A DNA stretch of 32,000 bases from Candidatus Saccharimonadota bacterium (GTDB lineage: Bacteria; Pseudomonadota; Alphaproteobacteria; Rickettsiales; Anaplasmataceae), in NCBI RefSeq assembly GCF_013365495.1, contig NZ_CP046580.1, positions 480,001 through 512,000 of the forward strand, in the 5' to 3' direction. The position numbers and the translations under genes are program-made. Under the pieces are notes generated by a model that was not told the DNA's origin, did no database searches, and saw only the letters and a list, made by a program, of their open reading frames with translations. Positions within the stretch are counted from its first letter, which is position 1, and each line of letters starts with the position of its first letter. Shown piece after piece: positions 29,826-32,000 of this stretch.

Positions 29826-31133
29826 ATGATTTTTCGTTACAGTCGTGAAAAAGTATCTGCTATCTGGAAAGAGAATAATAAATTTAATGTATGGCTAAAA
29901 ATAGAAAAATTAGTATGTGAAGCTCAAGCAAAGTTAGGAGTTATTCCAAATAGTGTTGCTAAAAAACTTTCTGCTAGTGCTATTAAATTTGATATTAAGC
30001 GTATCAGTGAAATTGAATCTATTGTAAAGCATGATTTTGTGGCTTTCCTAACATATATTGCTGAAAAAATAGGAGTTGACATGCGTTATCTACATTATGG
30101 TATAACAAGCTCTGATATACTTGATACATGTCTTGCAGTGCAGATGAAAGAATCATGTGATATTTTGCTTGAAGATTTACAAAATTTGCTTGTAGCATTA
30201 AAAAAAAAAGCTAAGAACTATAAAAATATTGTGTGTGTTGGACGCAGTCATGGAATACATGCAGAACCGACAACATTTGGATTAAAGTTTGCTAGGTTTT
30301 ATGCAGAATTTAAACGTAGCTACCAAAGGCTCATAAGTGCGAGAAAAGAAATTTCAGTTTGTAAAATATCAGGTGCAGTAGGAAATTTTGCAAATGTTAA
30401 TCCATTTGTTGAAGAATATGTAGCAAAAAAAATGGGACTTACACCTGAAACTATATCGTCTCAAGTAATTCCTCGCGATAGACATGCTATGTTCTTTTTA
30501 GTTTTAGGAGTGATTGCAAGCTCAATTGAAAATGTTGCTGTTGAAGTCCGTCATTTACAAAGAACTGAAATTGAAGAAGTTTTTGAATATTTTTCCACTG
30601 GACAAAAGGGAAGTTCTGCTATGCCACATAAGTGTAATCCTATTTTAAGTGAAAATTTAACTGGACTCTCACGCTTAATACGTAGTTATATATTTCCTGC
30701 CTTAGAAAATGTCGTGTTATGGCATGAACGAGATATATCGCATTCGTCTGTGGAAAGATGTATTGTTCCTGACGCTTGCATAGTGATGGATTTTGCCTTA
30801 GTAAGATTAACAGATTTAGTAGATAAATTGATAATTGATAAGAAAAATATTAAAAAAAACTTAAATTCTTCAAAAGGCTTAATTTTTTCACAACGTGTGT
30901 TGCTTGAATTAGTACACAATGGTTTAACCAGGGAAGAAGCATACAAAATAGTTCAAACTAACGCGATGAAAGTTAAACGAGAAAATAACAATGATTTTTT
31001 ATCTGAATTAAAACAAGATAAGTACTTACTTGAAGTTATTGACCCTAAAAAGCTTGAGTCTTTATTTGATTTGAAGTATTATACAAAATATATAGATCAT
31101 ACATATAATAAAGTTTTTAATCAGGCTGAGTAG
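29826..31133 (+). CDS. purB: adenylosuccinate lyase
   Basis: The ORF opens at ATG 29802. ATG 29826 has a GGAGGGA SD about 8 nt upstream and gives the canonical N-terminus MIFRYSREKVSAIW. Fumarate-lyase signature GSSAMPHKCNP. The stop TAG is at 31131-31133. Confidence 0.95.
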   Translation: MIFRYSREKVSAIWKENNKFNVWLKIEKLVCEAQAKLGVIPNSVAKKLSASAIKFDIKRISEIESIVKHDFVAFLTYIAEKIGVDMRYLHYGITSSDILDTCLAVQMKESCDILLEDLQNLLVALKKKAKNYKNIVCVGRSHGIHAEPTTFGLKFARFYAEFKRSYQRLISARKEISVCKISGAVGNFANVNPFVEEYVAKKMGLTPETISSQVIPRDRHAMFFLVLGVIASSIENVAVEVRHLQRTEIEEVFEYFSTGQKGSSAMPHKCNPILSENLTGLSRLIRSYIFPALENVVLWHERDISHSSVERCIVPDACIVMDFALVRLTDLVDKLIIDKKNIKKNLNSSKGLIFSQRVLLELVHNGLTREEAYKIVQTNAMKVKRENNNDFLSELKQDKYLLEVIDPKKLESLFDLKYYTKYIDHTYNKVFNQAE

Positions 31134-31197
31134 CTCAGTGGGGTAGAGCAGGAGGATCATAATCTCTTGGCCGTGGGTTCAAATCCCTCCTCAGCCA
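31124..31197 (+). tRNA. tRNA with anticodon CAT (elongator Met or lysidine-modified Ile2; not initiator), no encoded CCA
   Basis: Hand-folded. Acceptor ggctgag/ctcagcc (7/7 Watson-Crick), D arm gctc-agtggggta-gagc, anticodon stem ggagg/tctct with loop atCATaa. Variable loop tggcc, T arm gtggg-ttcaaat-ccctc (one U-U), discriminator A. G1-C72 excludes fMet. The GCAGG...CATAAT...TTGG context resembles Ile2-type tRNAs. Confidence 0.93.
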
Positions 31198-32000
31198 GCC
31201 TCACTATAGTTTTATAGATAAATTATTGATAACTTACTTTTATCTATATATATAACGCTAATTCTATGAATTAGTAATAAAAAAATATTTTTTAAAATTA
31301 ATACATTATTTAACTAATTAATAATCACACTAAAAATCAATCCTAATTTAAAACGATAGAAAATTTATGATAATTTTCTTTTAAAAGAAAAGTTCTCTAA
31401 ATTTTTATCAATACAGTTAGCTAAATCAAAGTAGTTAAATAATTTTCTATTAATTAAATAAAAACACAATTTAATGCTATAAACAAGATGAATATTATCT
31501 ATAAAATATTTTTTTTAATTTTCCAATAATATGTGCAGTTTTAATCAAAATCATCATCGGTAAAACTATACAAAAATAGTCATCCGGATTTATGTACTGA
31601 GTACATATCTAAACTTATTTAGATATAAAGAGCTCAGTAGGTAATTTAGTTAGTACAAATTATATAAAGAAAGTTTCACATGAACTTCTATCTTTTTACT
31701 TTTAAGAGTATCATTAAAAATAATATATTTCAATATCGATAAAATTGCTCCTAAAATTAGAGCCTAGCTATAAAGGTAGTAAAAGGCTATACTTACTTTT
31801 AAATAACATTTTATTTAAAGAATTACCTATAAGTTCTTTTAATGTACTCCAATTCTTCAAATTATGCAGCTCATTATTTTTTAAATTTATTAACTAAATT
31901 TCAATATTACAAAATCAATTTAGTACTTCCAATACACTCAAAAAGAACTAACAAATAGTTGTAAAAGCTTGCTACATATTCAATATACATGTACTTTTAG

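Noticed and set aside
999-30946. Nineteen ORFs of 60-148 aa in the supplied track lie antisense to or inside strong CDSs: 999-1202, 2033-2479, 3308-3526, 8275-8655, 11996-12205, 13331-13567, 15141-15329, 15479-15703, 16378-16590, 17966-18256, 18487-18696, 19197-19442, 19575-19793, 20924-21121, 26744-26935, 27667-27849, 28299-28493, 28484-28729 and 30686-30946.
   Set aside because: Each lies wholly or almost wholly within a well-supported conserved gene on the opposite strand. They have low-complexity, hydrophobic, Ser/Ile/Leu-rich 'shadow' composition and contain no recognisable motifs. They are typical antisense-frame artefacts.
8711-32000. Search of all long spacers for tmRNA, RNase P RNA, 4.5S/SRP RNA, extra tRNAs, CRISPR repeats, IS terminal inverted repeats or transposase fragments.
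   Set aside because: No T-arm-like GGTTCRA.TCC motifs occur outside the two tRNAs. There is no GAGGAAAGTCC (RNase P) or GGAAGCAGCC-like (SRP) motif, no regularly spaced direct repeats and no long terminal inverted repeats. Covariance-model searches would be needed to be definitive.

Overview
The window is very AT-rich and has the gene content and order of a reduced alphaproteobacterial (Rickettsiales) genome. It is most likely Anaplasmataceae, and Ehrlichia-like judging from the protein sequences plus the unusually long ORF-free spacers; no database search was possible. Nearly all of it is core housekeeping. In order: murG (5'-truncated), gshB, a BON-domain lipoprotein, tRNA-Leu(UAG), the tig-clpP-clpX-lon proteostasis cluster, an Hda-like DnaA-family protein, plsC, rpsT, gltA, a SCO1/SenC copper chaperone, dnaQ, a Tim44-like protein divergent from secB, rpsU, sucCD, dapF, a nitroreductase, an NDUFS4-like complex I accessory homolog, a carboxylesterase/SDR-like pair, dnaE, rpsF-rpsR-rplI, purB and a tRNA with anticodon CAT. 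I found no CRISPR array, transposase, integrase, phage gene, toxin-antitoxin pair or recognisable defence or secretion system, and I do not claim a new multigene system. Five things deserve a second look. (1) The S6 gene encodes 258 aa because about 145 aa of repetitive Lys/Glu/Leu/Asn-rich sequence sits inside the canonical fold. (2) The purB stop codon lies inside the 5' acceptor/D-arm region of the downstream tRNA. (3) Seven spacer intervals lack any ORF of 60 aa or more; they total about 5.6 kb, and two exceed 1.2 kb. (4) A small membrane-protein ORF is interrupted at an A10 run. (5) The spacers contain short tandem duplications and dyad-symmetry clusters. All functional calls rest on motif recognition by eye and need homology searches to confirm.
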